Positions 26,271 to 37,765 of a DNA stretch of 64,000 nucleotides are shown piece after piece. This DNA is from Rhizodiscina lignyota (lineage: Eukaryota), in the NCBI GenBank assembly GCA_010015805.1, contig ML978128.1:1612001-1676000 (forward strand), read 5' to 3'. The position numbers and the translations under genes were made by a program. Each line of letters opens with the position of its first letter. Positions within the stretch are counted from its first letter, which is position 1. The notes beneath the pieces were generated by a model. It was not told where the DNA came from, did no database searches, and was given only the letters and a program-made list of their open reading frames with translations.

Positions 26271-27970
26271 ATGGCAGACGTCAGCAGCACTCGCTTGTAT
26301 TTGGGAAACCTCCCTCGCAATGGTATGCTCACTCCACTGCACTGGATGGATGGATGAACTTGGCCTCGGCCCTGGACCTTGGGTGACGGGTTGTCCTCCG
26401 TGCTATGGCTCCAAGGCAAACAATTCACACGCGCGATTTTGAGCCAGCTGACCGCGGATTTTGGCAACAGCTACCAAGGCCGATGTTGAGAACCACTTCG
26501 CCACCCATGGCACCGGCAAGATCACTGAGATCAAGCTCATGAACGGCTTTGGCTTCGTCGAGTACGAGGATCCAATGGACGCGCGTGACGTCGTTCCAGG
26601 TATGTTTCGCACTCAGATTACGTCGAAGAAAGCTAACAGATCGTAGCATTCCGTATGTTGTGCCAGACGGAGCGATCAACCTTCAATACTGATAGACATA
26701 GATGGATCCGACTTCATGGGCGAGCGCCTCGTCGTTCAGTTCGCGCGTGGTTCGCGTCGCGAGGGCCAGCATCCGTACCCCAATGAGCGCCCGGCTCCGC
26801 GTCCTCGTCGCACTCCGTTCCGCATGTCGATTACTGGCCTCCCCGTTGAGACCAGCTGGCAGGTTAGCTACATATTCCCCCTCTTCGCTTCTTGGACACA
26901 CTCGACATGATACCTTATTTGGAGACATTGGCCTCTATTTCCCTCCATGTTGTCAAGGCCTTCCTCTCTACCTGTTGTGTCGGGCCTGATCTTTCTTCTG
27001 GATTATTGCCAGACCGTCATACTACAACTTCCAGAACTTGCGAGATATTCCTATTTATTCCCCTGCTTCCCCATCCCCTGTTCCGGTGGATTTGTCTTTC
27101 CAGGCATTCAAGACATAGAGAGTTGTCCATCCTGTCATTGTTGTGGTTACCAGTTCTGGATATTATCCTCCTGCTTCGTTTGGATTGTCCTTTTTTGGAT
27201 AGGAATCTTCTCACACTGGACTCTAGGATTTGAAGGACTTTGCCCGCCAGTCTGGACTTGATGTCGTCTACTCCGAGGTCGGTCGCGACCGTGATGGCAG
27301 GGGGTAAGAGCTCAAGCACCGTATTTTTCGCAAATTGCCTTACTAACAGGGAATCACCGGATAGATTCGTCGAGTACGAGACCTCCGCTGATCTGCGCAA
27401 TGCCGTGGACAAACTTGATGGCCGCGAGTTCAAGGGCCAGACTGTCCGCTGCGTTGCTGATGTGCGTATTGTGGCCCGCGTTATATTTTTGTTGAATTAA
27501 CAGTACAACAGGAGCAGCCGGAGCGTCCACCGCGCTATCGTTCGCGCTCGCCTCCGCCCATGCGTGGCCGTGGCGGCTATCCTTCTGGCCCTCCAGGCTA
27601 CGACGAGTGGGACCGCCGTGGCCCACCTCGTGGCTACAGCCCTCGCCGCGATGACTACCGTCGCCGCTCTCCCCCTCGTGAGTACTATGATCGCGAGCGC
27701 GACCGCTGGGGTGGAGCACGCAGCCCTCCAGGCCGCCGTGGCCCGCCACCTGCGGATGATGGCTACGGTCCTCCACGTGGACGCTATCCCGACGAGGCAT
27801 ACGATGCTCGCGGCCCACCCCCTCGCGGTGGTCGCTATGATGAGGCCTACACGAACGGTCATGGCCGTCCTCCCTACAGCGGTGGAGGCCCGCCTTCCCC
27901 AAGGCGCCGCAGCCCGGGTGGCCGTCCTTATCCTCCGGCTGAGTACGAGAGACCTCCACGTTACTGGTGA
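26271..27970 (+). CDS. SR-family splicing factor (two RRMs plus RS/RGG tail; SRSF4/5/6-like). Exons 26271-26322, 26471-26599, 26647-26652, 26702-26862, 27227-27303, 27365-27461, 27512-27970
   Basis: RLYLGNLP (RNP2), GFGFVEY (RNP1), SWQDLKDFAR pseudo-RRM motif after splicing, RSRSP/RGPP tail. All introns are GT-AG. Confidence 0.93.
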
Positions 27971-28676
27971 ATATTCCTTCCCTACTACTCTTCTACCTCT
28001 CGCGCTGGGAATCTGGTGCGAAGATGGTTTTCATTTTGTCGTATAATCGTGGTGTGCCCCATTTTGGCCCCGCTCATGTCCCTCTAGAACCGGAAACTAC
28101 CTCGTCGAGCCTTGACCTACCGATCGTAAGGGAGGCCGGAGAGGCATCATGGGGAATGATGAACGGGATGAAGTGTTAAGACGGTACACGAAAGGGTTAC
28201 TCGGGGACTCTGGTATTTTTTCATGCCTCCTGCTCATGCGGAAGGTATTTGCGACGGATTCGATCTGCCTTTCTTTTCAGGCAGAAGCGGTAACAACGGA
28301 ATTCGGTTCTGATGGTTCTGATGCGGTAACAATCATCTGTTTTTTTCGGGATGCTCAAGGTGCACATGATAAGATACCACTCTACGGGACTATTTGCGCT
28401 TTCGCGCCCTTGTCGTGTTTGCACCGGTGATCACAAGGGGAAAAAGTTTCTACACTCGTGTACTTTAGTTTCCACTACCAAATTGACTCATGATCCCCTA
28501 GTCGTAATTTTTTTTCCGGCTTTCCAAATATGTTTTGGTGTGAGTCCGTCGAAAGTTTGTTCCCTTGCTACTCCCCTTCCCAAACGAGTCGTTAATCAAG
28601 TTATCTACAATCTGCTTTCCACCTTCCCTTCAAGAAGAAGACCCTTTGAGAGTCTAAAATCAGGCCGGATTCAAGC

Positions 28677-30099
28677 CTACAGCTGATTGGCAGTGTTGAA
28701 GTCAACGAGCGCCTCCTGTATGCGCGCGCTCATCGTCTTCTCACCCTCGCGCACCCACACGCGCGGGTCGTAGTACTTCTTGTTCGGCTTGTCTTCGCCA
28801 TCGGGATTGCCCACCTGCGTCATTATGTAGTCCTTCTTCTTGAGCACGTAGTCGCGGATGCCGGTGAGGTAGGCCCACTGCAGGTCGGTGTCGAGGTTCA
28901 CCTTGACGACGCCGTAGCTGATGGCGTCCTTGTACTCCTGCTTCGTGCTGCCGCTGCCGCCGTGGAAGACCAAGAAGACGGGCTTGTCCTCCTTCGCGTT
29001 GATCTTCTCCTTCACGTACTTCTGGTGCTTGGAGAGGAGCTCGGGGTGCAGCTTCACGTTGCCGGGCTTGTACACGCCGTGCACGTTGCCGAAGCCGGCG
29101 GCAATGGAGAAGTAGGGCGAGATGGGGGAGAGGGTCTTGTAGATCTCGTAGATGTCCTCGGGCTGGGTCTGCATTGGAGCTAAAAGTTAGCAATTGATTT
29201 TGTTGGGTACATTGAGACGAGGAAAAGGGAGAGGTACGTAGAGAGAAGCGTTGTCGACGCTCTCGTTGTTGACGCCATCCTCCTCACCGCCGGTGATGCC
29301 AATCTCCATCTCAAGCCACTGCTTCATGGGAGCGGCGCGCTTGAGGTACTTGGCCGTGGTGGAGATGTTGAAGTCGACGGACTCCTCAGACAGATCACTG
29401 TTTCACTCGTGAGCTCATGTTATCATTTTCATGCACTCGATGGAGTTGCATACATCATGTGGCTAGAGAACAGAGGCTCGCCATGCTGCTTGAAGTACGC
29501 CTCATCGGCGTCGAGCATGCCATCCAGCCATGGGAGGAGCTACTCAACCAATCAGCACCTTTTGTTCGTGGTACCCAAAGTGTCGTCGAATCCTCACCTT
29601 CTTAGCACAATGGTCGGTGTGCAAGATGACAGGAACGCCATAGGCCGGCGCGACGCTGCGGATGTAGTGGGCAGCAGAAACGGCTCCAGCAATGGAGGCC
29701 TCCTGCTTACCGTTCGCGACACCCTGTTGCCTTAATCAGCGCAGTTGTCCTGATCTCCTAAGCAAGTGTTTGCCAGACCTTACCGCAGAAGTACGCGGCA
29801 CCACCCTGCGAGGTTTGGAGAATGATCGGCGACTTCTGGTCTCTTGCTGCTTCTAGAGCCGCGACAACGGTGGAGCTGGAGGTAACGTTCTGTGGGACTT
29901 AGCACTGTTTGATAAGGTGGGGTTTTGAAGAGCTCTTACGATGGCGGGAATGGCGAAGTTGTGCTCTTGGGCGTAATTGAAGAGCTTCAGAACATCCTCA
30001 CCAGTGATGACACCCTCTAATTCGAGAATTTAGACCCCGTTCAGCTTGGAATAGTCATTAGATCTCACCTTTCCTCGACAAGACGTCTTTAGCACCCAT
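28677..30099 (-). CDS. FBA1: Fructose-bisphosphate aldolase class II, about 6 introns
   Basis: FAIPAI, HTDHCAKK, SSHMIDLSEE, EMEIGITGGEEDGV, FGNVHGVYKPG, VFHGGSGS, KKYYDPRVWVREGE; strong codon bias. Confidence 0.97.
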
Positions 30100-30867
30100 T
30101 GTAGATGATTCCGATGAGGCTGTGAGAGGTTGCGAAATGCTGATGCCGGAGCTCTGCTGGACTCTGGATTAGCTGAAAGAAGTATTTGATCACCTTGCTG
30201 GCGCTCGCTGACAGAATTGGTTGAGAATTGAAGAAGCTGAAAGGTTGTGCGTTGAGCGCAAGAGCGAAATATCAGGTGGGGCAGAAGTCTGCGGAGCCGA
30301 TGACCTTATGCACGACGTGCAGAAAAAGCACATGAAACTCACCGTTATTTTTGTATTTTTCAATCTCTGATAAGGCGCGAAGCTTCAGCGAGAAAGGGTG
30401 ATGGAGCAGTGACACGGCAATTGGCAATTGAAAAGGTCGAAAGGCGGATATGACGCAGTATTTACGCCGCGGGGTGCTTTCCAGCAGCCACTGCTCCGAA
30501 AACTGCCGTCCTGAGCTTCAGAAGCTCCATATCCGCGAGCGCGCCCAGCGACCCGTGAATCTCGCTGTATTTTAGCCGTATCACTTCCCGAGGAATGCTT
30601 CTTCCGCCTCAAAGCTGGCATTTCCGTTGCACGCCGTAGGGATCTGACTCTTACTGGCAATCATTCAAGGCCTGACTGATGCGACTTGCTCTGTTATGAG
30701 AGCGTATGACATAGCGGATTATTGAGCACCTCAATCGAGATGCGCCAATCACACCAATCTCCATGCGACGCTGAAATGCCAATGGATAGATTTTACTCTC
30801 TACAGGATATTGATACAGAATCGCTTCGCTATGATGCTCCGGAACTGACCTAGAAGTAGCGTACACA

Positions 30868-31831
30868 CTACGGTGTCTTCCCAGCTTCTGATGGAAGCAC
30901 TCTAACTATCCTCTTTACGGCTTCAGGCGCTCCCTTTATGTGAATCTCGACCTCGAACTCCCCAAGATGCTTTACACGGTCCTTCTCTTCGCTAATTGTC
31001 ACCGTCTGCCTCACAAACTGAACATCATCATCCGATAATACAATACGTCCGGCCTCATCGTTCTCCGCTAGAACTGCCCTGATGCTTGTTGCAACATCTG
31101 ACGTCGATACAGAGCCAAATATGCTGGCAGAGGCGCTCGTTTTCGACTTTTCTGAGGCGGCAGCAGCAGAGAGGATAGAGGCTGCTGCAGAGACCGCTGG
31201 AGTCCTGTCTTCCGCAGGCGCTGGTTCCGCTTCAATTGGTTGTCGATAGAAGTCGATTCTGGCCGGGATGAAGATTTGCAGAAGTTCGACCGATCGCTCG
31301 GGCTGTATAGCGTCAGCCAGGAACATATCAAATTGGACAAAAATAACACATACACTGAGGTGCTGCAGTCTCATTAAGGGAGTAGACTTCGCGACTTCCT
31401 CTGGTTCAACCAATATTTCGGGCGGTGTCTCCATGTCTTCCGGGGCAACGTAGCTGTGATTCCTCTCGAAGGGGACATTCTGAAGCTTCAACTCTTTCAG
31501 TTGTCGGTGTGGAATGTAGTCTGCGATGCCCTTTGGGTACCAGTCGTTGCGGAACTGGCCTGAAGTGATTGGGACGAAAGCTCCTGGCGCAGAAATAAGC
31601 GTCAGTCCTGTATCCGCGCCCAATATACTTGCATCTGCCCTTACCTGCTTTACCGAAGCCTGTGAGGTCCCTCAGGAGCTTGACCGGCATGGTCAGCGGC
31701 CCTTGAGACCGCTTCTTCTTCCCTCGAATTTGCTGCCTCGGTGGTCGCGCGTTGCCGAGCCCCCAGCCAACGAAGCGCCTGGCGCAGGCAGGACATTGAG
31801 GCAGCAATGAAGGCCGCAGAGGCGCAGCCAT
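30868..31831 (-). CDS. Mitochondrial ribosomal protein bL9m (L9 family), 2 introns
   Basis: Arg-rich presequence ending QIRGKKK; VKLLRDLTGFGKAG..VPITSGQFRNDWYP (L9 N-domain); IFGSVSTSDVA and VKHLGEFEVEI (L9 C-domain). Confidence 0.85.
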
Positions 31832-32302
31832 CCTGGCGTTGAGTGAAGCTCGCACAGCTGAACAGCTTCGGTCGCAACTTTTGCTGGAATGCGGATAAAG
31901 CGCGATTGGACACGACGGGCGCGAAGTCTCTGGCCGGCTGTGCTGCAGGTCCGCAGGAGATGCTCGGCGATAAAACGTAAGGCGATCCCTGCCGCGGATA
32001 CGACTCTGCTTTTTCTCATTCTGCCGTCCGCAAATGCACGGAACCAAAGCCCCATTGCCCTGCACCGCTTATGTACCATGTTTCTACCGCCTTAGCAAAC
32101 ACTCGGCGATGGATCTGACTGACGAACCCTTTCTAATCCCCCAGATCTCTCTCCCTCCTTCTCCCCACACTCCACAATCCGTGCCTGAGCAAGCGCCTAC
32201 CCTCCGCCTCCATCCCGCTGCTGACAGACCTCCATGACGAACGCGTAGTCGGCCATCCGGCCGCGCCGACGCCCCACGTAGAGATTCCTCTCGCTCCCCG
32301 CG

Positions 32303-34126
32303 ATGCCTGAACGGCCATTGACCATTGCGACCTATGCCGCGGGCGCCTCTCTCGCTGCCATCACGCTGGTGTACGTGTTTGGCCCGACCTTCCTGCTCGA
32401 TGGCGACTCCCCGACCGCTTCAAACAAGAAGGGCGTGGTGGGCCTGACAAACCCGGCAAATGACTGCTTCATAAACTCTATACTGCAGGCGCTGGCGGGA
32501 CTACCTGACCTGAGGGTCTATCTCATCCGCGAGGTGCACAGGCGAAAGCTTGATGGGCCAGAAATTTACGCCGTCACGCCGCAGGACGCGGCGGAGCTGG
32601 AGAAGAAGAGAGGGGCAGACTCAAGACAGTGGAAGCTGGAGGGTCTGCGCCAGGGCGTCGTGACGAAGGCGCTGAAGCAGGTTCTGGATAGGCTGAACGA
32701 GCGGCCAATCTACCGGAAGACAATTTCTGCGCAGGAGTTTGTGGTTGCGCTGGAGAAGGCCTTCAGGACGCGGATCAGCCGGCAACAGCAGGATGCGCAG
32801 GAATTCCTTCAGATTGTCACGGAGAGGCTCTGTGATGAATATCATGCCGGGGCGACCGCGAGAAAGAGAGCGAGAGATGCGCTCAATGGGTCATTCGAGG
32901 TCGTCACAGATCAGGAGAGCGGCCCGGAGTATATGAATGGCACAATACCAGGTCCAGTCAAGCAGTCTCTTGCCGGAGGGAATGGATACGTTGCTCCAGA
33001 AGAGGAGGGATTCCCTTTTGAAGGAAAGTTGGAGTCCCAAATTGAATGCTTGACATGCCACTTCAAGCCAAAGCCCACCGTTTCGACCTTTGTTACACTT
33101 ACCTTGAGCGTTCCTCAGAAATCGTCTACTTCACTTAACGAATGCTACGACCGAATGTTCAAGCGCGAAACGATCGAAGACTACAAATGCGAATACTGCC
33201 GCCTCGAAGGCGCAATCGAGCTCAAGAAGCGCGAGCTCAAAGCCGCAAAATCCTCAGGCACTCAGCAACAACTCGAAGACGAGATATCCAAACTCCAACT
33301 CGCACTACAAGAAGACCCCGAGAACCCACCCGAGGACATCGTCCTCCCCGACTCCAAATACGCTCCCAAGCGCAAAATCGAGCGCTACACGCGCATCTCC
33401 TCCTTCCCCAAGATTCTCGCCATCCACCTCTCCCGCAGCCTCTACTCCGCCGCGACTCTCTCGACCAAGAACATGGCCAAGGTCTCCTTCCCGGAGAGCT
33501 GGCCGCTCGGCGAGGTCCTCAACCACCGGCGCTACCGTCTCCTCGGCACCGTCACGCACAAGGGCGGTCACAACTCCGGACACTACGAGTCCTTCAGACG
33601 ACAAGTTGTGCCGGAGCCGTTCAGCACGCCGCACAGCTTTGGCACCGAGGGTGTATATAGTGTACAGCCCAGCCCGAACCCATCCGCGGTACAGAGCCCA
33701 AGGATGAGCGCTAGGACGAGTCGGGAGAGCGATAAGCGGCTTTCGAAGCTGGCGGATCGGTCTGCTGTGTCCTCGCCGTCGTTAGTATCTCCAACCCCGT
33801 CGTCGGTGTCGAGCCAGTCCTCCTTGTCCCTCTCCTCCACGAAGAAAACGCCGCCCGCCCCCACGTCCGCTCCAAAAGAAGACGACCTCTCCATCCCAGT
33901 TACCCCATCACCAGCGCCGTCCCCGCGGCCGGTCACATCAGCGTCGAAAGTCCAGTCCGCTCCCAACCTCACGCAGCTGAAGCGCAGCAGCAAGAGGAAG
34001 AACAATCGGTGGTGGCGGATCAGCGACGAGAAGGTCAAGGAGGCAAGGACGAGCGACGTGCTGGGGATGCAAAAGGAGGTGTACCTACTCTTCTACGAAC
34101 TAGATCGGAGAACAGAGGACATTTGA
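32303..34126 (+). CDS. Ubiquitin-specific protease (Ubp16/USP30-like) with N-terminal membrane anchor
   Basis: Cys box GLTNPANDCFINSILQAL, QQDAQEF, His box HKGGHNSGHY, WWRISD, YLLFYE; hydrophobic N-terminal helix. Confidence 0.93.
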   Translation: MPERPLTIATYAAGASLAAITLVYVFGPTFLLDGDSPTASNKKGVVGLTNPANDCFINSILQALAGLPDLRVYLIREVHRRKLDGPEIYAVTPQDAAELEKKRGADSRQWKLEGLRQGVVTKALKQVLDRLNERPIYRKTISAQEFVVALEKAFRTRISRQQQDAQEFLQIVTERLCDEYHAGATARKRARDALNGSFEVVTDQESGPEYMNGTIPGPVKQSLAGGNGYVAPEEEGFPFEGKLESQIECLTCHFKPKPTVSTFVTLTLSVPQKSSTSLNECYDRMFKRETIEDYKCEYCRLEGAIELKKRELKAAKSSGTQQQLEDEISKLQLALQEDPENPPEDIVLPDSKYAPKRKIERYTRISSFPKILAIHLSRSLYSAATLSTKNMAKVSFPESWPLGEVLNHRRYRLLGTVTHKGGHNSGHYESFRRQVVPEPFSTPHSFGTEGVYSVQPSPNPSAVQSPRMSARTSRESDKRLSKLADRSAVSSPSLVSPTPSSVSSQSSLSLSSTKKTPPAPTSAPKEDDLSIPVTPSPAPSPRPVTSASKVQSAPNLTQLKRSSKRKNNRWWRISDEKVKEARTSDVLGMQKEVYLLFYELDRRTEDI

Positions 34127-35928
34127 ATAGACTGGGGGGAGACAATGCATTTTGTTTGTTTGTTTTGCATAGGTACTCGATGCATTTGGCGGCGAATTGG
34201 CGAACCGGGACATTTCCGCACACTCTCATTGGCGGCGTACTAGCGTTGGTACTCAGTACATAGAAATCCAAGCATGATGCATATATGAAGAATAACCAGC
34301 AGGAACTTTTCACGCTGTTTGATCGTAGAGAATAGTGTCTGCGACAGTATACTCACGAAGCATCAGTACATGAGCACGACACCGTAGATGCTAAAGTCTG
34401 CAGCATTTGCAGAGGCTTCCGCTGTAATCGAACTGAAAGATCTGCGCCAGTTTGGCGTCGAGTTCAGTCTACTCAATGCCCCTAACCCTCCTATATTGAA
34501 GAAAGTCAGCAAGACTTCCGCACCATTCAGCAAAAACTAGGAATGGCCTCGGGTCGTTCCAAGCAATGCCCCTTTCATGAAGCAAATGGAGCGATGGATT
34601 TCCCGCGATATACACCTCGGATGGGCAAGGTATGAAGATCAGCGATATCAGACACGCCACGAAGATCTTTCCGTATTTCTATACACTCAATATCATAGCA
34701 GGCTTTCATGATCGGGTTTGCACTTTACATGTTTACTCTGTCCTCGCGTGGCTTTTCTTCTTCTGAGAAGATACATGGTTCCTAAGTGCTGGCGTCTCGA
34801 TTTTTCGAGCACATTTCCTTTCTGAGCGCTTGCTTCGTTTTTGTCAAAGTCCAAAGTGCCAACTTTCCGATCACCGCCAGTAGGTACAATGATATCCGCA
34901 ATCGTCCTTCGGACAATGCTAACCTTAAGAACGAATTACTAGATTCCATAAGGACAACCGAGTTCGTTAAGACGAAATTAGAGGAATCATATGCCTCTAG
35001 AGCTATAGGTATCCTGCTATACTCTTCCTGGGATAGATTCAGCTGCGATATATCGCGTCTACGGGACATCATCATCTCTGTCAAGGTCCCTTTCTACCTC
35101 GTATACGCCTTCGACAGTCCTTCGACAGTCCGTAGATTAAGTTTACTAAGAGTCCACTCTTCAAGCTTGGCGTGGAGTCGGGCACAACATAGGCAATTGT
35201 CCGGTCGGCCGTGCTACTCAAGTGCATCTACAAGCCGTTGGGTGACACCCCTGGTGACTGGAGTGCTATTAAGAGGCGAGAGGGAGTACGAGCAGTAATA
35301 GAGGTCGCCCAGAGGCTGCAGGAGATACAAAGCTTCAAAGACCAATGTTCGAAAGGTCTTACTATCTCAAGCAAAAACAGGATTGATCGCATAACGTCAT
35401 TAAGGACTCTGAGGAGACTCTTTGACTGGCCGTCTCATCCCGTCAAACTCGAATCGTTCCGAGCCACTGACGATTAACTTCCGCTAAGGATTAAAGGAAG
35501 ACAACGTCTCGCAATGCTGCGACTCAAATATCACGTCGGCGTCGGTAGAAGAACGGCGAAGGTTCACCGAATATGAAAATAGATCGACGGGTATATCAAA
35601 CACGAAAGCTGCATTTATATAACTCCAAATGGCTACCTCTAAGGTATAGTCACACACATAGCCTATCAATCTCCTATGCTCCTGTGCAAAAGCAACGCTT
35701 GAACGCCTAAACAAGAACAGCAAGACCATGCGGGGCCGATGATGCCTCTCGCTGCAAACGCCGAAGAATGAAGCAAGAACGCCAGATTAGCCGTATGCAT
35801 CGTAAGATCATGCAAAACATGCACCGTTTCCCCAGTGACCCATATCCACAGAACAATGCAGGGCGCCGCCGGAAATGCTGAGAACTTTTGGGAGCCCGAA
35901 ACCGTTTTAGACCGATGGGAGAACTCCT

Positions 35929-37765
35929 TTACACCTGCTCGATCTCGCTGGCTTCCAACTCCTGAATGAGGGCCAAGATATCGGTCTTGTCTTCCTCTGT
36001 ACTTTCCGCTGCGTTATCGTTGGCAGCGGTCCAAGCGACGGCATTGCCAATGTGAGCAGTCTTGTTCTTCTGCCTCTTGATGAATGGGATTTGCAGGGCG
36101 CCGATGATTGCAACAACAGCAGAAGACCACCAAGGAACTGGGCTGAAGTGCGCGTTCGTTCCAACACTGTACAAGAATCCCGATACTGGGCTGGCCATCA
36201 TACGACACGCTCCGCCAGTGCTTGCAGCAAGGCCATTGATCTTTCCAAGGGTGCATGGCGAGGGAGCGGCTTCTTTGATGAGGATGAGAAGGAGGGGGTA
36301 AGCAATAATCATGAAGAAGTTTCGGATCGTGAGACATGTATAGATGCCAAAGTAGAGCCACTGGGGTGGGAGGCAACCGAGGAAGGGAACGATAAAGTAG
36401 CAAATTGGATGACCGATCGTGACCATGGCAAAGAGTCGCCAGACTCCAATCTTGGTTGCAAGGTAAGGGAAGATGAAGGCTTGGATGAAGAGTGCAACCA
36501 CACCGTTGATGCTCATGATCACACCGGTCTGCTGCATGGAGAGATCGAGTCCACCTGCAAATGGGCTCTCGTCGGCATCATCTTGCAGGTATATGGGCAT
36601 AAGGGTATCATAGGTCATCGAGTGGTAGGTGTAGAGGCCCAATGCAACAATGAGAATGAGCACGGACTTGTTGTAGCACTTCGATGACGAAGCAGATGAT
36701 ATCGAGCTGCTGTCGGACGATTTGTGCCTCTTCTCAGGCCTGGGCGAGGGAGAGTCTTCGGTAATACGCACGGGGTTGAACGTACCATATGATTCGGTAG
36801 TCAAGTCGGCAGCCGCTGTGGTCGTGTTGCTCGTGGTCGGAAGAAGCGGGGTCTCTGCTGTGGTGTTATCGAGCTCCTCTTGCGTGCTCCACGGCTGCAT
36901 GTCTGGATGAGTCTCATCAAGGAAGAAATATCCAGCAATGATAGAGACGAACATGAGAACAGCGCACATGACGTTCGGAAGCAGGTAGGGAAACGTTCCA
37001 AAGAGGCCGTCACGAGAGAACAATGACGGAAAGTTCTCAGCAGGATCGGCAAAGAGACCGCCTACAGCAGGACCCAAGATCGTTCCAATGCTCCACACAG
37101 CAGGCATTACAGCAAATGCCTTAGCTATAGCGTGACTCTGTTAGCCGTTGTACTTACTCTGGGTATTACAAATTACTATACTTACGCTCATGTGCTGGGT
37201 TGACTGTGAGTTCGCCGACCATAGTTTGAATGACACCGACATTGCCATTGAGCATGCCGCCTAGCAGTCGTCCGAAGAGAGCGACCCAGAAATTTGATGC
37301 AAATCCAACTACGAGTAGGGAGAGTAGGGTACCTGCACATCCAAAGAGCAGAACAGGTTTCCTTCCCACACGGTCGCTCACACTTCCCCAGTAGATGCCG
37401 GTAAGCGCCTCCGCGAAGGCAAATGCCGCGATGAGCACGCCTGCGTAGAAGGCGGCATCGCTCTTGTCGCCGATTTCATAGTGAAGAACGGCTTTCCAGG
37501 CGTATGGTAAGAAACTTGTGAGCGCAATCGGCTCAGCAACTCGCACTAAAGCTGTGAGGAAGTCAGCAAGTGATGCAACAATAACGTGTGTGCAATGGAT
37601 GTGGCCTCAGTTCTTCAACCTCAACGACCTCCAATCCATGCATCTCGGTTTTTTTACCTGGCCAGTGCCAGTATTTTCTTGTTCATACGTACCAAGTATT
37701 CCAAGCTGAGCGGCGGGAAACTTGTTTGGGTCACGAGGGAGTCTTTGGTCTGGTGTAAGTCCCAT
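35929..37765 (-). CDS. MFS transporter (ZIFL/YCR023C-like DHA1 group); first exon 37693..37765
   Basis: FPAAQLGILA-LVRVAEPIALTS after splicing; SDRVGRKP motif A; GPAVGG; LGKINGLA. Confidence 0.92.

Noticed and set aside
28600..28680. Cryptic PTS1 on FBA1 through readthrough or 3' alternative splicing
   Set aside because: Readthrough gives only X-A-stop; the candidate GTAGGC..TAG intron is 27 nt (too short); no SKL-like end found.
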